Notes: a model not told the origin generated them from the letters alone. A DNA stretch of 64,000 nucleotides from a virus (IMGVR_UViG_3300037466_002980:234811-298810); one strand, 5' to 3'. Positions 1 to 10,537 are shown, counted from the stretch's first letter. Made by a program: numbers and translations.

Positions 1-2
1 CT

Positions 3-299
3 CAATATCTTTCCGGAGATGTTGCTTATGCATTAGCAATTAAGATTCTCGGATATGAAAACGAATGTCTTGGAGATTTAAACGAAATTCCTACATTTGT
101 TCATATGAAATCATTCCTTCAGAATGTTAAAGAAGAATTAATTACAGAGGATTGGACCAAACATTTTCCAACATATTTTAGCAATGATGGAACATTTAAA
201 ATCGGAAACTATCAACAATATTTTCCTTTTCATTATCAGGTGAAAAATTGGCTAACAGATGAAATGATTGATATTTTAGAAAAGAGAATTCATCTATGA
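3..299 (+). CDS. 5'-truncated glycosyltransferase-like protein (C-terminal part)
   Basis: Frame is open from base 3 (QYLSGDVAYALAIKILG...HMK...PFHYQVKNW); FHY..K.W ending seen in phage sugar-transferase-like proteins; lies in the sugar cluster. Confidence 0.5.
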   Translation, partial: QYLSGDVAYALAIKILGYENECLGDLNEIPTFVHMKSFLQNVKEELITEDWTKHFPTYFSNDGTFKIGNYQQYFPFHYQVKNWLTDEMIDILEKRIHL

Positions 300-892
300 A
301 ATCGTTAATAATGATGTATGTGTATTTTGATTCCAATGGAGATATTAAGGCTATCACACCCGATGTAAACCTAACATTAGAATCAAAATTTTCCGTAACA
401 ATTCTTCCTTCGACCGATCTTGAAAAGTTTATTCTGGGAAAAGCAAATCCTTTCAATTATACGGTAAGGAAAAGCAATACACCAATGGGTGTAAGTTATA
501 GAATAGTTTCAAAGAATTTTGTTGTCAATCAAGTAAGAACAGATAATTCCTTCTTAACTAAAGTAGAAGAAAATACACCAGATAGAGTAGTTTCTATTTT
601 AATTATTAATGATACTAATACTAAAAAAGTGACAGTCGAAGCTACAGATTTCTTTATGAGATTATTTGACAACGATGAAGATATTAATAATGAATCTATT
701 CAAGATAGAATGATTAGATTCTATTTGACCAAATATAATAATCCGTATTATCTATTACAAAAATTTGAAGTAAACACATCGGAACTTTATCAGAAAGAAA
801 AGTTGTATTTTCCTTATGAAGAATATTATACTAACACCAGTGTTTATACCAAAAAAATAATAAACGGATATAAATTTCGAGAAATTAAATGA
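296..892 (+). CDS. hypothetical protein
   Basis: 198 aa ORF, ATGA-coupled to both neighbours. Confidence 0.8.
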   Translation: MKSLIMMYVYFDSNGDIKAITPDVNLTLESKFSVTILPSTDLEKFILGKANPFNYTVRKSNTPMGVSYRIVSKNFVVNQVRTDNSFLTKVEENTPDRVVSILIINDTNTKKVTVEATDFFMRLFDNDEDINNESIQDRMIRFYLTKYNNPYYLLQKFEVNTSELYQKEKLYFPYEEYYTNTSVYTKKIINGYKFREIK

Positions 893-1893
893 CCTATAGA
901 TATATTAATGAACTTGATGTTATTTTTATTAGTTATGATGAAGATAACTGTGAAGAAAATTGGCAAGATCTGCAAAATAAAGTTCCGTGGGCAAAACGTG
1001 TTCATGGAGTAAAAGGTTCCGATGCTGCGCATAAAGCAGCGGCTGAATTATCCGAAACAGATATGTTTATTTCTATCGACGCCGATAATATTGTGGATAC
1101 TTCCTTCTTTGATTTAGAAATAGAATTTGATCATCCTAAACTCAAAAATAAAGCTATAAGTTGGGCAGCACAGAATTTTATCAATAATCTAGAATATGGC
1201 AATGGTGGATTGAAATGCTGGCCAAAAGAATATGTCTTGAATATGAGGACACATGAAAATGCCGAAGAAGGCGATGTAAGAAATCAAGTAGATTTCTGTT
1301 GGGAAGATTCATATGTTCAAATGACAAATCAGTATAGTGTTACCTATCCAAATGGAAGTCCACGACAGGCATTTCGTGCTGGATTTCGAGAAGGCGTAAA
1401 AATGAGTCTTAGCCAAGGCGGAAAGGTAGATTCAACTAATTTCAAGAAAAGTATTTGGTGGGGAAATTATAAAAGGTTAATAACGTGGTGTAGTGTTGGC
1501 GCCGATGTTGAAAACGGTCTATGGGCAATGTATGGTGCTAGACTTGGTTGCTTCATGACAAATCTTACAAATTGGGACTTTATTAATGTAAGAAATTTCG
1601 ATTATCTAAATAATTTATTCCTGATCGAAAAAGAAAAATTTCAGGCACGACCTGGTAAAATAAGTCCATCAATTAAGAAATGTTATAAGAGTAATTATAT
1701 CTGGGATGAAGAAGTTTTATGGTTAGCAATTAAATCTTTAGGTGAGCAATTAAGAAAAGGACTAGGACTTGAACTAGCAGAACTTGATAGCATTCAGAGC
1801 AAATTCTATAAGGCATCCTATATAAATGTACCAAGAATGAATAAACTTTTTACCGAAGAAGAATTAAACGAATTAAGAAGAATAAACAAATGA
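889..1893 (+). CDS. conserved phage glycosyltransferase-like protein (GT-A type DxD)
   Basis: VIFISYDE...WAKRVHGVKGSDAAHKAAA...SIDADN motif. Confidence 0.6.
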   Translation: MTYRYINELDVIFISYDEDNCEENWQDLQNKVPWAKRVHGVKGSDAAHKAAAELSETDMFISIDADNIVDTSFFDLEIEFDHPKLKNKAISWAAQNFINNLEYGNGGLKCWPKEYVLNMRTHENAEEGDVRNQVDFCWEDSYVQMTNQYSVTYPNGSPRQAFRAGFREGVKMSLSQGGKVDSTNFKKSIWWGNYKRLITWCSVGADVENGLWAMYGARLGCFMTNLTNWDFINVRNFDYLNNLFLIEKEKFQARPGKISPSIKKCYKSNYIWDEEVLWLAIKSLGEQLRKGLGLELAELDSIQSKFYKASYINVPRMNKLFTEEELNELRRINK

Positions 1894-2480
1894 TTGATTC
1901 TGAGTTTATTATTCAATACACCAATGCCCTTTATTCTACTCCAATGGAATATGCTCCACGATATGATGAATTTAGAGATATGTTCAGTTCGGGACAAATT
2001 CGAAGTAAGGAATGGTTAATTGAAAAGATGTCACAGTATTTGGATATCCATGAACATGAAATATTGATTGCGGGTGCATGGTATGGAACATTAGGGATGA
2101 TGTTACATAAAAAATTTCCATATGCATATATCAATATGTTAGATATCGATCCAAGGTGTGAAAAGTTTGTCGATAATATTATCTATGAAACACCAGATAT
2201 AAAATATATAACCGAAGATATGTTCTTTTATGAATATTCAGAAGATATTATTATTAATACATCATGCGAACATATTAATTTAATAGATTGGTTGAAACTA
2301 ATTCCAAAAGGAAAAACAGTTGTACTTCAGTCTAATAATTACAAAGAAGGAAATGGACATATAAATTGCGTAAATTCGGCACAGGATTTCTATAATAGCA
2401 TCGATCTTAATAGAGTGTTCTATTGCGATGAACTCCAAATGCCGATGTACACTAGATATATGATTATAGGTGAAGTTTAA
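1890..2480 (+). CDS. class I SAM-dependent methyltransferase
   Basis: ILIAGAWYG glycine loop, LDID acidic strand, IINTSCEH, VLQSNN. Confidence 0.75.
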   Translation: MIDSEFIIQYTNALYSTPMEYAPRYDEFRDMFSSGQIRSKEWLIEKMSQYLDIHEHEILIAGAWYGTLGMMLHKKFPYAYINMLDIDPRCEKFVDNIIYETPDIKYITEDMFFYEYSEDIIINTSCEHINLIDWLKLIPKGKTVVLQSNNYKEGNGHINCVNSAQDFYNSIDLNRVFYCDELQMPMYTRYMIIGEV

Positions 2481-3907
2481 TGTCAGAAAAATCAAGTTAT
2501 AATATCAGAGTAATACGTGCAAAAGAAAAGAATGCAGAAATTTCACCCACCTTCTGTTTGGCAAAATGGAAGAATGTTTCGATGAACTTAACATCTGGAT
2601 TTACTCATAGTTGTTATCATCCTCCGGAACATAAAATTCCTTTAGACGAATTAGAAAACAATTATACAGCACTTCATAATACTACTGAAAAGAAAGAAGA
2701 AAGAAGAAAAATGATTGTTGGAGAAAGACCAGAAGGATGTTCGTATTGTTGGAAAATTGAAGATTCGCCGGGTAATCATGTTTCCGATAGACAATATAGA
2801 ACAGCCGATGTTATGGAAGAAACCAGTCATGCTGATATTATTCAAAATCCCGATCCGGCCAATTTTAATGTTGTCCCCTCATATGTAGAAGTTAATTTTA
2901 GTAGTGTTTGTAATTTCAAATGTTCTTATTGTTCTCCGCATCTTTCTAGTTCATGGAGAGAAGAAATCGACAGATATGGACCATATCCTACAACTGTCCC
3001 ACATAACTCCAATGATTATTTCAAACAGATAGGAATTATGCCTATTCCAAATAGAGAACATAATCCATATGTTGAAGCCTTCTGGAAATGGTGGCCAGAA
3101 TTATATCCACAACTAAAATATTTCAGAATGACCGGCGGAGAACCGTTAATGGATGTGAATACATATAGGGTTCTCGATTATATTGTTGAAAATCCGAAAC
3201 CCGATCTTAATTTAGCAATAACATCTAATTTCTGTGCAGATAAGAAACTTATAAACAAGTTCAATAATACAATTAAGAAAATTAAAGATAATAATTCATT
3301 ATTCCATTTTATGCTGTTTATTTCGTGTGATGCTTATGGAAAGAAAGCAGAATATATTCGTAATGGAATGGATTTTGATTATTTAAGGGAAAATATTCAC
3401 GAATTCTTATCAACAAATTCTACCAATTCTGGAATAACATATATTATGACAATGAATTTAATGAGCATCACTAGTCTCAGGCAATTCATCGATGAATTTG
3501 TAATTGGTATGCAAGAAAAATATGTAACCGATAGACAAATGATTTGGTTTGATACTCCTATATTGCATTCTCCTGCTTGGCAATCTGTTCAAATATTACC
3601 TCCAAGATATCGTGAAATTTTGCGTGATGATATTGAATATTTCAAATCTAAAGTTATAAATGATGATCCAACGGCTAGAAATAATGCTTATGTTGGTATT
3701 AAAGATTTTCAAATTGAAAGATTAGAAAGATTATTAACTTGGATGGAACAAGGAGACAATCTTCCAAAAGAAAAGATTAAGAGGGATAGAGCTGACTTTT
3801 ATAGATTTTTCGATGAACACGATTTAAGAAGAGGAACCAATTTCTTAGAAACATTCCCCGAAATGGAAGATTTCTGGTTGCTTTGTCAGGAGGCAAATGA
3901 TTCCTAA
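2480..3907 (+). CDS. radical SAM protein with N-terminal twitch/SPASM-like Cys cluster
   Basis: CNFKCSYC (CxxxCxxC), TGGEPL, N-terminal CLAKW...SCYH...CSYCW. Confidence 0.9.
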   Translation: MSEKSSYNIRVIRAKEKNAEISPTFCLAKWKNVSMNLTSGFTHSCYHPPEHKIPLDELENNYTALHNTTEKKEERRKMIVGERPEGCSYCWKIEDSPGNHVSDRQYRTADVMEETSHADIIQNPDPANFNVVPSYVEVNFSSVCNFKCSYCSPHLSSSWREEIDRYGPYPTTVPHNSNDYFKQIGIMPIPNREHNPYVEAFWKWWPELYPQLKYFRMTGGEPLMDVNTYRVLDYIVENPKPDLNLAITSNFCADKKLINKFNNTIKKIKDNNSLFHFMLFISCDAYGKKAEYIRNGMDFDYLRENIHEFLSTNSTNSGITYIMTMNLMSITSLRQFIDEFVIGMQEKYVTDRQMIWFDTPILHSPAWQSVQILPPRYREILRDDIEYFKSKVINDDPTARNNAYVGIKDFQIERLERLLTWMEQGDNLPKEKIKRDRADFYRFFDEHDLRRGTNFLETFPEMEDFWLLCQEANDS

Positions 3908-5102
3908 ACAATATCATGCAAAGCATCCGGAAGCGATGCATAAAACATTTGCTAATACTGATTTTCAGAGTGTTATTTCTGCCGACATATATTCAATGGC
4001 ATTTACTTTTTTTCCAGAATTAAGAAAAATACCATTTCTAAATATTTACGCTGGATTAGTACAGGGACCGACTGGTAAACATATCTTAAATATCGAAGAT
4101 GATATTATACCTACTTATATCAAGAAACATTATCGATTCGGAATGAATATTCTTTTCGATAATACGTGGGAAGGTAATGTAGATGTGATGGTAAACAAAA
4201 TTCATAAAATTGCAGAACAGACAGAAATAGATCCATCAAAATTTTATTATCTTTGTGCGGCCGCTGATATTAATAAGCAATATGAAGATTTTTGTATTCG
4301 AAGTAATATAGAAGGAAGAATAAATCTTCTTAATGCTAATTCATGGGAATTTGCAGTAAAGAAAAATTTTAACTTAACTCCAACATATTCTGTCAAAGAA
4401 AAATCTAAGATTTTTCTATGTTTTAATAGGGTAATAAGAAATCATAGAATTGGTCTAATGTCTTTACTTTCCGAGGCAGATCTTATTGATAAATCTTTCT
4501 TTTCTTTCTTTCCTGAAGCCCAGCACGGTTCAGGTATAGAAAATCAGATAGAAAAATCCTTTGAAGGTTTTCCTCTATTTCTATCTGAGCATACAATCGA
4601 AAGAATCAAAAATGGATATAAGAAACAAGAAAAGAATCTACCATTAAAATTAAATATCGATTGGACCTTTAATAAAACAGGCCTTGATTACGACGATGTA
4701 CCATATTTCGAAGAGAGTTATTTTTCCTTAGTTACAGAAACTTTTTTCTTTGAATGGTTCTGGGAACCAAATGTTTTAGATCACCGTGCAATTTTCTTTT
4801 CAGAAAAGACATTTAAACCGATAGCAATGAAGCATCCATTTATTCTAGCAGCGCGTCCTTATTCGTTGAAGTCTCTTAGAGAAATGGGATACAAAACATT
4901 TCATCCCTATATTGACGAAACATACGATACCATAGAAAATAATGAAGCAAGATTGTTGGCAATTACCAATGAAGTTAAAAGACTTAGTTCATTGAAATCT
5001 AATGAATGGTTAGAATGGCAAGAAATAATGTCACCAATAGTCGAGCATAACTTTGATATTTTTACAAATAGAAAAGATTATACCTTTAGAGGACAAAAAT
5101 AA
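3897..5102 (+). CDS. glycosyltransferase-like protein
   Basis: FLCFNR...HR, SYFSLVTET...FSEKTFKPI..KHPFI motifs; gene context. Confidence 0.55.
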   Translation: MIPKQYHAKHPEAMHKTFANTDFQSVISADIYSMAFTFFPELRKIPFLNIYAGLVQGPTGKHILNIEDDIIPTYIKKHYRFGMNILFDNTWEGNVDVMVNKIHKIAEQTEIDPSKFYYLCAAADINKQYEDFCIRSNIEGRINLLNANSWEFAVKKNFNLTPTYSVKEKSKIFLCFNRVIRNHRIGLMSLLSEADLIDKSFFSFFPEAQHGSGIENQIEKSFEGFPLFLSEHTIERIKNGYKKQEKNLPLKLNIDWTFNKTGLDYDDVPYFEESYFSLVTETFFFEWFWEPNVLDHRAIFFSEKTFKPIAMKHPFILAARPYSLKSLREMGYKTFHPYIDETYDTIENNEARLLAITNEVKRLSSLKSNEWLEWQEIMSPIVEHNFDIFTNRKDYTFRGQK

Positions 5103-5731
5103 TGTATAAGATAAACACAGATATTCCGGGATGGAATGCAAGACCTATATTGGAAATTTTAGCTGGTTATGCATCAGAAATATCATCTAATGGTAAAATT
5201 TTAGAATTGGGCGCATTATTTGGTAGAACAACATATGCATTAGGTTTCAATAAGAAGGAAGATGTAGAACTCTATGTAATTGATATATGGCCCGATCTAC
5301 TTCACAAATATCACAGAACTACTCATTATCATGATAATCGATGTGGAGCCAAAGAACTTCAAATGGTCAAGGATAGTGTTAGTAAAGACATAGATGGAAT
5401 AAAAGGAGATGATTTCTTTAATTTATGGAAAACTTTTACCGATGGAATAATTAATAAGAAATCTTTTAGAAATTATACTTCACTCGATAATACCGATTTT
5501 CCAATGTTTGATCTTATAGTTCACGATGCAGGACACGAATTCGATGATGTATATAATGATTTAACACATTGGTTTCCAAAACTGAAACCTGAAGGAAAAT
5601 TAGTTGTTGATGACTATGATTCGAAAAATTTTCCAGGTGTGATAAAAGCTGTAGATAAGTTTGTAGAGGAGAATAATCTCTCAGTAGAAATATTACCAAC
5701 TAATCGAAATGTATTGATAAAAAGGAAATAA
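5102..5731 (+). CDS. class I SAM methyltransferase (Methyltransf_24-like)
   Basis: ILELGALFGRTT, FDLIVHDAGH, LKPEGKLVVDDY. Confidence 0.8.
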   Translation: MYKINTDIPGWNARPILEILAGYASEISSNGKILELGALFGRTTYALGFNKKEDVELYVIDIWPDLLHKYHRTTHYHDNRCGAKELQMVKDSVSKDIDGIKGDDFFNLWKTFTDGIINKKSFRNYTSLDNTDFPMFDLIVHDAGHEFDDVYNDLTHWFPKLKPEGKLVVDDYDSKNFPGVIKAVDKFVEENNLSVEILPTNRNVLIKRK

Positions 5732-5733
5732 AA

Positions 5734-6963
5734 ATGTCAAAAATAGGATTTATAGGCGTAGGAAAACTAGGACAAGATTGTGCTGAAGTTATTGCCGATA
5801 AAGGACATTTTGTTGAAGGATATGATGTTGTTAAAAGGAATCCAAGAAACTTTAAAATGGTGGATTCAATTAGTAGCTTAGTTGAAGGTAAGGATATTAT
5901 TTTTATAGCTGTGCCAACAAGCCATCACAAGATGTATGGAGGAGAAGCACCTACAACACAGTTAGCACCATCAAACTTTGATTATGAAACAGTTAAATCA
6001 ATATTGATAGAAGTTAATAAATTTGTCAATAAACGCCAACTTGTTGTATTAATTAGTACCGTCTTGCCAGGTACAACTCGTCATGAATTTATTAATCTAA
6101 TTCCTAATGCCAAGTTTCTATATAATCCATATTTAATTGCGATGGGTAGTGTGGCATGGGATATGGTAAATCCCGAAATGATCATAATTGGTACAAAAGA
6201 TGGAACTACCACAGGCGACGCGAAAACATTAGTTGATTTCTATAATACAATTATGGAAAATAATCCACGCATCGAAATAGGCACCTGGGAAGAAGCCGAA
6301 TCAATTAAGATCTTCTATAATACCTTCATCTCGGTTAAAATCGGTCTAGTAAACATGGTGCAAGACGTTGCTGAAAAACTTGGTAATATGAATGTTGATG
6401 TTGTTACCAATGCATTGGCACAATCAACACAGAGAATAACTGGACCTAAATATATGATAGCCGGCGGACCCGATGCAGGTGCATGTCATCCGCGTGATAA
6501 TATTGCTCTACGTTGGTTAGCACAAGATTTAAATCTTGGATATGATTTATTTGAAGCAATTATGGAAGCAAGAGAAATACAAACTAGGAATATAGCCGAA
6601 AAGGCAATTGCACTTGCTGAAGGTAAACCAATTGTTATTGTTGGAAAGGCATATAAGCCCGGTGTACCATATCTTGATGGATCTGGTAGTTTATTAGTTT
6701 CTCATTATCTAGAAATTACAGCAGAGCAATTTTATTTCTTAGATCGATATACAAACGATATGCCACCCGAAGAAATATTATCTCAACCTTGTTTGTATCT
6801 ATTGATGCATGATGCAGAAATTACTTATTGTGACTCACCATTAAAGACACAGGTTAAGAAACAAGAAATCAGTCCAGCTGAAGGTTCTGTAATCTTAGAT
6901 ATCTGGCGTAAACAGAAGGCTATTCCGGGTTGCAAGGTAATTCATTACGGAAATACAAGATAA
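5734..6963 (+). CDS. UDP-glucose/GDP-mannose dehydrogenase family protein
   Basis: IGFIGVGKLG Rossmann fold, IAVPT, ISTVLPGTT, ESIKIFYNTF, catalytic GGPDAGACHPRD. Confidence 0.9.
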   Translation: MSKIGFIGVGKLGQDCAEVIADKGHFVEGYDVVKRNPRNFKMVDSISSLVEGKDIIFIAVPTSHHKMYGGEAPTTQLAPSNFDYETVKSILIEVNKFVNKRQLVVLISTVLPGTTRHEFINLIPNAKFLYNPYLIAMGSVAWDMVNPEMIIIGTKDGTTTGDAKTLVDFYNTIMENNPRIEIGTWEEAESIKIFYNTFISVKIGLVNMVQDVAEKLGNMNVDVVTNALAQSTQRITGPKYMIAGGPDAGACHPRDNIALRWLAQDLNLGYDLFEAIMEAREIQTRNIAEKAIALAEGKPIVIVGKAYKPGVPYLDGSGSLLVSHYLEITAEQFYFLDRYTNDMPPEEILSQPCLYLLMHDAEITYCDSPLKTQVKKQEISPAEGSVILDIWRKQKAIPGCKVIHYGNTR

Positions 6964-7389
6964 TTAACGTCTCATCTTAGAGATGTCTTCGGCTTCTTTA
7001 TCGCTGAATACCGGAACCATGTTACTCTTGTGCATTGTAGCGATCCCAACAATCTTATCGCCAGTGTAGACTGGTGTTTCCTTTTTAGTACATGCATCCA
7101 GCGACATAGATGTAACAAGAGATTTAGCGTTATTCGTAACTTGTCGTGGATTAGTATTATTTAAGACTAATTTCTCTCTAACCAATTTATTCGAATCCTT
7201 CTTACCGCGACCGTACACCCAATCTAAATATTGCTCATAGGTTTCCTTCGGAAGACCTAATCCTTTGAGCATATTATTACGTGCTTTCCAACCTCGTTCC
7301 AATTCTTCTTGTTGGAACTTAGTAAGTTTAATTTTTCTTTTCTTTGTGGAGGTCGTAGTTAGGGCTGGCTTTTCGAGATGCATCGACAT
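6964..7389 (-). CDS. conserved T4-like phage hypothetical protein
   Basis: C-terminal YTGDKIVGIATMHKSNMVPVF...ISKMRR motif. Confidence 0.7.
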   Translation of the reverse strand: MSMHLEKPALTTTSTKKRKIKLTKFQQEELERGWKARNNMLKGLGLPKETYEQYLDWVYGRGKKDSNKLVREKLVLNNTNPRQVTNNAKSLVTSMSLDACTKKETPVYTGDKIVGIATMHKSNMVPVFSDKEAEDISKMRR

Positions 7390-7446
7390 TTATACAATAT
7401 CCTATAAAGCAATATTATACAATGAATATCCAACTATGTCAATTAA

Positions 7447-7725
7447 TTATGCACCGTTGCCGATATTCTTCTTATAATTTTCTAATGTTTCTATTACATT
7501 ATTAAGAATAGGCCAATCTTCTTCGGGACCACCTGGTATTTTATTTTCTATTCTTCTGATACATTCATCAACAATAAGTTCGAAGAATGGCATTCGTGAG
7601 AATTCAGTATTAGCAAAGGCATCCTCATCAAATCCGGCCTTTCTGGCTAATTCATCAACTGCATTCCATTTATTTGTTTGAAAAGTTTGTTCCGGTGATG
7701 GTTGATAAGGTCTAATTTTTGGCAT
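7447..7725 (-). CDS. hypothetical protein
   Basis: 92 aa ORF in a dense - strand run. Confidence 0.7.
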   Translation of the reverse strand: MPKIRPYQPSPEQTFQTNKWNAVDELARKAGFDEDAFANTEFSRMPFFELIVDECIRRIENKIPGGPEEDWPILNNVIETLENYKKNIGNGA

Positions 7726-7728
7726 TAT

Positions 7729-8079
7729 TTAATTATTCGTATTCGAAATATCAAGTGCCTCTATATTAGCGTTTGCTAAGATACAAGCTGTGAAAATTAA
7801 ACTATATACATCTTCCGGATTCTTTGAACTTTGTCTTCCAACAGTAGCTGATAAAATTATTGCTTTTTTGACAAGGTCAGGTAAAGGGCTATTCTTTTGA
7901 ATATCACTTATAATATTATTAAATTCATCATCGGTCATTCCTCTTGATTTATCTATAGATACCCCATACCCTACTTCTGCTAGTTTACGACAACCCATAA
8001 CTTGAAGTTCAGATACATCGTCTGCAATCGCGACAGGAATTATACCTGCTAATAATAGTCCTAGTAATAATTTTTTCAT
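7729..8079 (-). CDS. exported hypothetical protein
   Basis: Signal peptide MKKLLLGLLLAGIIPVAIA. Confidence 0.75.
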   Translation of the reverse strand: MKKLLLGLLLAGIIPVAIADDVSELQVMGCRKLAEVGYGVSIDKSRGMTDDEFNNIISDIQKNSPLPDLVKKAIILSATVGRQSSKNPEDVYSLIFTACILANANIEALDISNTNN

Positions 8080-8081
8080 CT

Positions 8082-8672
8082 TTATCCTTGAATATTTGAA
8101 ATTCTAAATAGAACATTGTTTTCTATTCTAACATTGTCATCAACTCTTAAATCTCCTATTGCCCATACATCATAATATTGTACGACACCAGATTCGGTAC
8201 GAACTGTAATTCTATATACCTTATCTGTGTCTCTTTCTATAATCATTGCTCCTGCAACACCTGCAGGATGACATGGATTCGATTTATTGCATCCACGATA
8301 AGAAAAGAAAGTTTCAATTCCAATTACTTTACCATAATGTATATTAGAAGAAACACGAATATCTAGACTAAAGTCTTCTACCGGAACTTCTATTTGTCTA
8401 CCATCTTCATCTACAACAACTACTGTTTCGTCTTCTTTATTGGCTATCCAGCAAGCACTATGTTTCTGACCGTGATCAGAAATCAAAGCAGATTTAATCT
8501 CTGGACGAAGTTTTGGATCCACTTGAGCCATTATGGTTTTATTAGTGCATGGTGTTTCAGAAATAAAAACCGATCCACCCGGAAATCCTGCACTAAATAC
8601 CTGACCAGCGGCAAATGCGGATGTGGAAATTAATAGCACCGAAATTAATGGCACTATATGTTTAATGTGCAT
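8082..8672 (-). CDS. exported protein with SlyB/glycine-zipper-lipoprotein-like C-terminal domain
   Basis: Signal peptide ending SAFA; C-terminal YRITVRTESG...DLRVDDNVRIEN. Confidence 0.5.
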   Translation of the reverse strand: MHIKHIVPLISVLLISTSAFAAGQVFSAGFPGGSVFISETPCTNKTIMAQVDPKLRPEIKSALISDHGQKHSACWIANKEDETVVVVDEDGRQIEVPVEDFSLDIRVSSNIHYGKVIGIETFFSYRGCNKSNPCHPAGVAGAMIIERDTDKVYRITVRTESGVVQYYDVWAIGDLRVDDNVRIENNVLFRISNIQG

Positions 8673-9189
8673 TCTTTTTCCCTTTCATAATATCAAACAT
8701 CTTTAATAATGCTTCGGCATTGCCTTTTGCATCATCAACAGGATGATGAGTATGTTTAGTTTCTCTTAAATGTTTAAATGTTGAAAACAGATCGCCTGTT
8801 ATTCCTTTATACAAAGATCCCATGTTCGCAGACGACCAACCAAATGGGTTTCTACCTAGCTGTTGCCAGAAATAATAATTCATAAAGGCAAAGTCATATC
8901 CGTTATTATCCGACCAGAAGATAGGACGTTTACCCGGAATATTCTTTTGTAACCAAATTTCAAAATTCTGCATTGCATCTCTTGGATCTGGAAATTTAAG
9001 TACATCTTCTCTACTAAAACCACTGATTGCTAGTGCTTCTGGTACGTAGATTTCAGATATTGGTTTAAGTTGTGCGTAGAATGTTCTTTGAAATCCTGGT
9101 TCAACAATTACTGCACCAAAGCAGATCATTGAATGCATTCCAGGACAAGGACCATCAGATTCAACATCAACCATTACATTTTGTGACAT
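8662..9189 (-). CDS. DEDDh 3'-5' exo(ribo)nuclease, Rv2179c-like
   Basis: MVDVESDG, NNGYDFAF, HHPVDDAKGNA. Confidence 0.85.
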   Translation of the reverse strand: MSQNVMVDVESDGPCPGMHSMICFGAVIVEPGFQRTFYAQLKPISEIYVPEALAISGFSREDVLKFPDPRDAMQNFEIWLQKNIPGKRPIFWSDNNGYDFAFMNYYFWQQLGRNPFGWSSANMGSLYKGITGDLFSTFKHLRETKHTHHPVDDAKGNAEALLKMFDIMKGKKNAH

Positions 9190-9202
9190 AATTTACTTTC
9201 TA

Positions 9203-9580
9203 TTACATATCTCCGGTAAGAAGGAAAGCATTTTCTTTCCATTCGTGTTCTCTATTATTAGTCCAAGGCCATTCTACCGCTATTTGTTGATTTATGGCCT
9301 TATCTATAATCTGTGAAGCTGCCAAGGAGTGTGGCGCAACATTAGTTGGTAAAGAAATTGTTTTCTTTGATTTAGGTGTATTGGGAAATGATTTAGTTGC
9401 TAGTTCCGCTTGTTTTTGTGTATCTCTGGCTGCTTCTAGATGTTGACTTTGAAACTGATAAAGATTTGAATCAAGTGACGGATAATCGTATTCCCAAATT
9501 CCGAAATGCCATCCATTAAAATAATTATCAGCATCTACTGCTGAATAATGTGGATTTATCGGATGTATATAAAATCTCAT
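9203..9580 (-). CDS. hypothetical protein
   Basis: 125 aa ORF. Confidence 0.7.
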   Translation of the reverse strand: MRFYIHPINPHYSAVDADNYFNGWHFGIWEYDYPSLDSNLYQFQSQHLEAARDTQKQAELATKSFPNTPKSKKTISLPTNVAPHSLAASQIIDKAINQQIAVEWPWTNNREHEWKENAFLLTGDM

Positions 9581-9621
9581 AATAACACATGATATATTAT
9601 TACTAATTGTTAGTCAAGATA

Positions 9622-9984
9622 TTATGGAGTAACCGAACCTTGTGGTTGTGAAACGATGGGAAGCTTTGGAAGAATTAAATGTTGTAGTTCAATTTCGCTC
9701 TTTGGAAATTGTTGAAACAATACTTGTTGAATTACAGTTGCCGCTCCATATCTAACCATGAAGCTTTGTAATCCTAAATTGGTAGACTTATCAAAAACAG
9801 TATAGATGATATTTCCCAACCCGTTATTCATAGTTTGAAAATAATAGACATTCGGTCCACCATAGTCACCGTATGGTATAATTGTCTTGGCGTTTATTGC
9901 ATTTACAACTGCCTGGACATTTGCAACAAGAGAAATAAATCCTTCTGATGTGGCTACATTAAGATTTGGGTATGGATATAGCAT
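9622..9984 (-). CDS. hypothetical protein
   Basis: 120 aa ORF; TAAATA (T4-late-like) lies just upstream of the ATG. Confidence 0.7.
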   Translation of the reverse strand: MLYPYPNLNVATSEGFISLVANVQAVVNAINAKTIIPYGDYGGPNVYYFQTMNNGLGNIIYTVFDKSTNLGLQSFMVRYGAATVIQQVLFQQFPKSEIELQHLILPKLPIVSQPQGSVTP

Positions 9985-9993
9985 ATCATATAT

Positions 9994-10275
9994 TTACCAA
10001 CTGTCCATCAGAGTATTTTGTTCATCTCGATGTTTTCCATATTTTATATAACCATCGATTGTTTCAACATAATGATTTATCATTATTTTCTTATATTGTT
10101 CAGCGGTAGTATTACCATAACATTCAAATGGACCTAGTTCTTCTTTATCAAGTACAATTTCCTTACCATCGGAAAATTGAACTACAACCTTTGCAATAAG
10201 AGAAGGAATTCTATAAGGTTCAGAAACTTTCATAGAGGCTTTTCTAGCCTTAGTTGCTCGTTTCTTAGTTGTCAT
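9994..10275 (-). CDS. hypothetical protein
   Basis: 93 aa ORF. Confidence 0.7.
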   Translation of the reverse strand: MTTKKRATKARKASMKVSEPYRIPSLIAKVVVQFSDGKEIVLDKEELGPFECYGNTTAEQYKKIMINHYVETIDGYIKYGKHRDEQNTLMDSW

Positions 10276-10537
10276 TTTTTAATAAATCCTTATCAATATA
10301 TTTCCAAGTGTCTCTTAAACCAGTACCTATAATTGCTAGTATTCCAAGAACAGGTGCAGCAAGAAAAACAAATAACATACTTTGAATTGACATCGAAAGG
10401 AGAAATAATATAACTCCAAACAAATCAATTAATTTCTCACCTTTATACGCAGCACCGCGATAAACAGTTAATTCCTCACGGTTCATCTTCTTCAATTTAT
10501 CTAAAAGTTCTTGATTCATTTCCAACTCCATTGACAT
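10265..10537 (-). CDS. small membrane protein (2 TM)
   Basis: Two hydrophobic segments. Confidence 0.7.
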   Translation of the reverse strand: MSMELEMNQELLDKLKKMNREELTVYRGAAYKGEKLIDLFGVILFLLSMSIQSMLFVFLAAPVLGILAIIGTGLRDTWKYIDKDLLKNDN

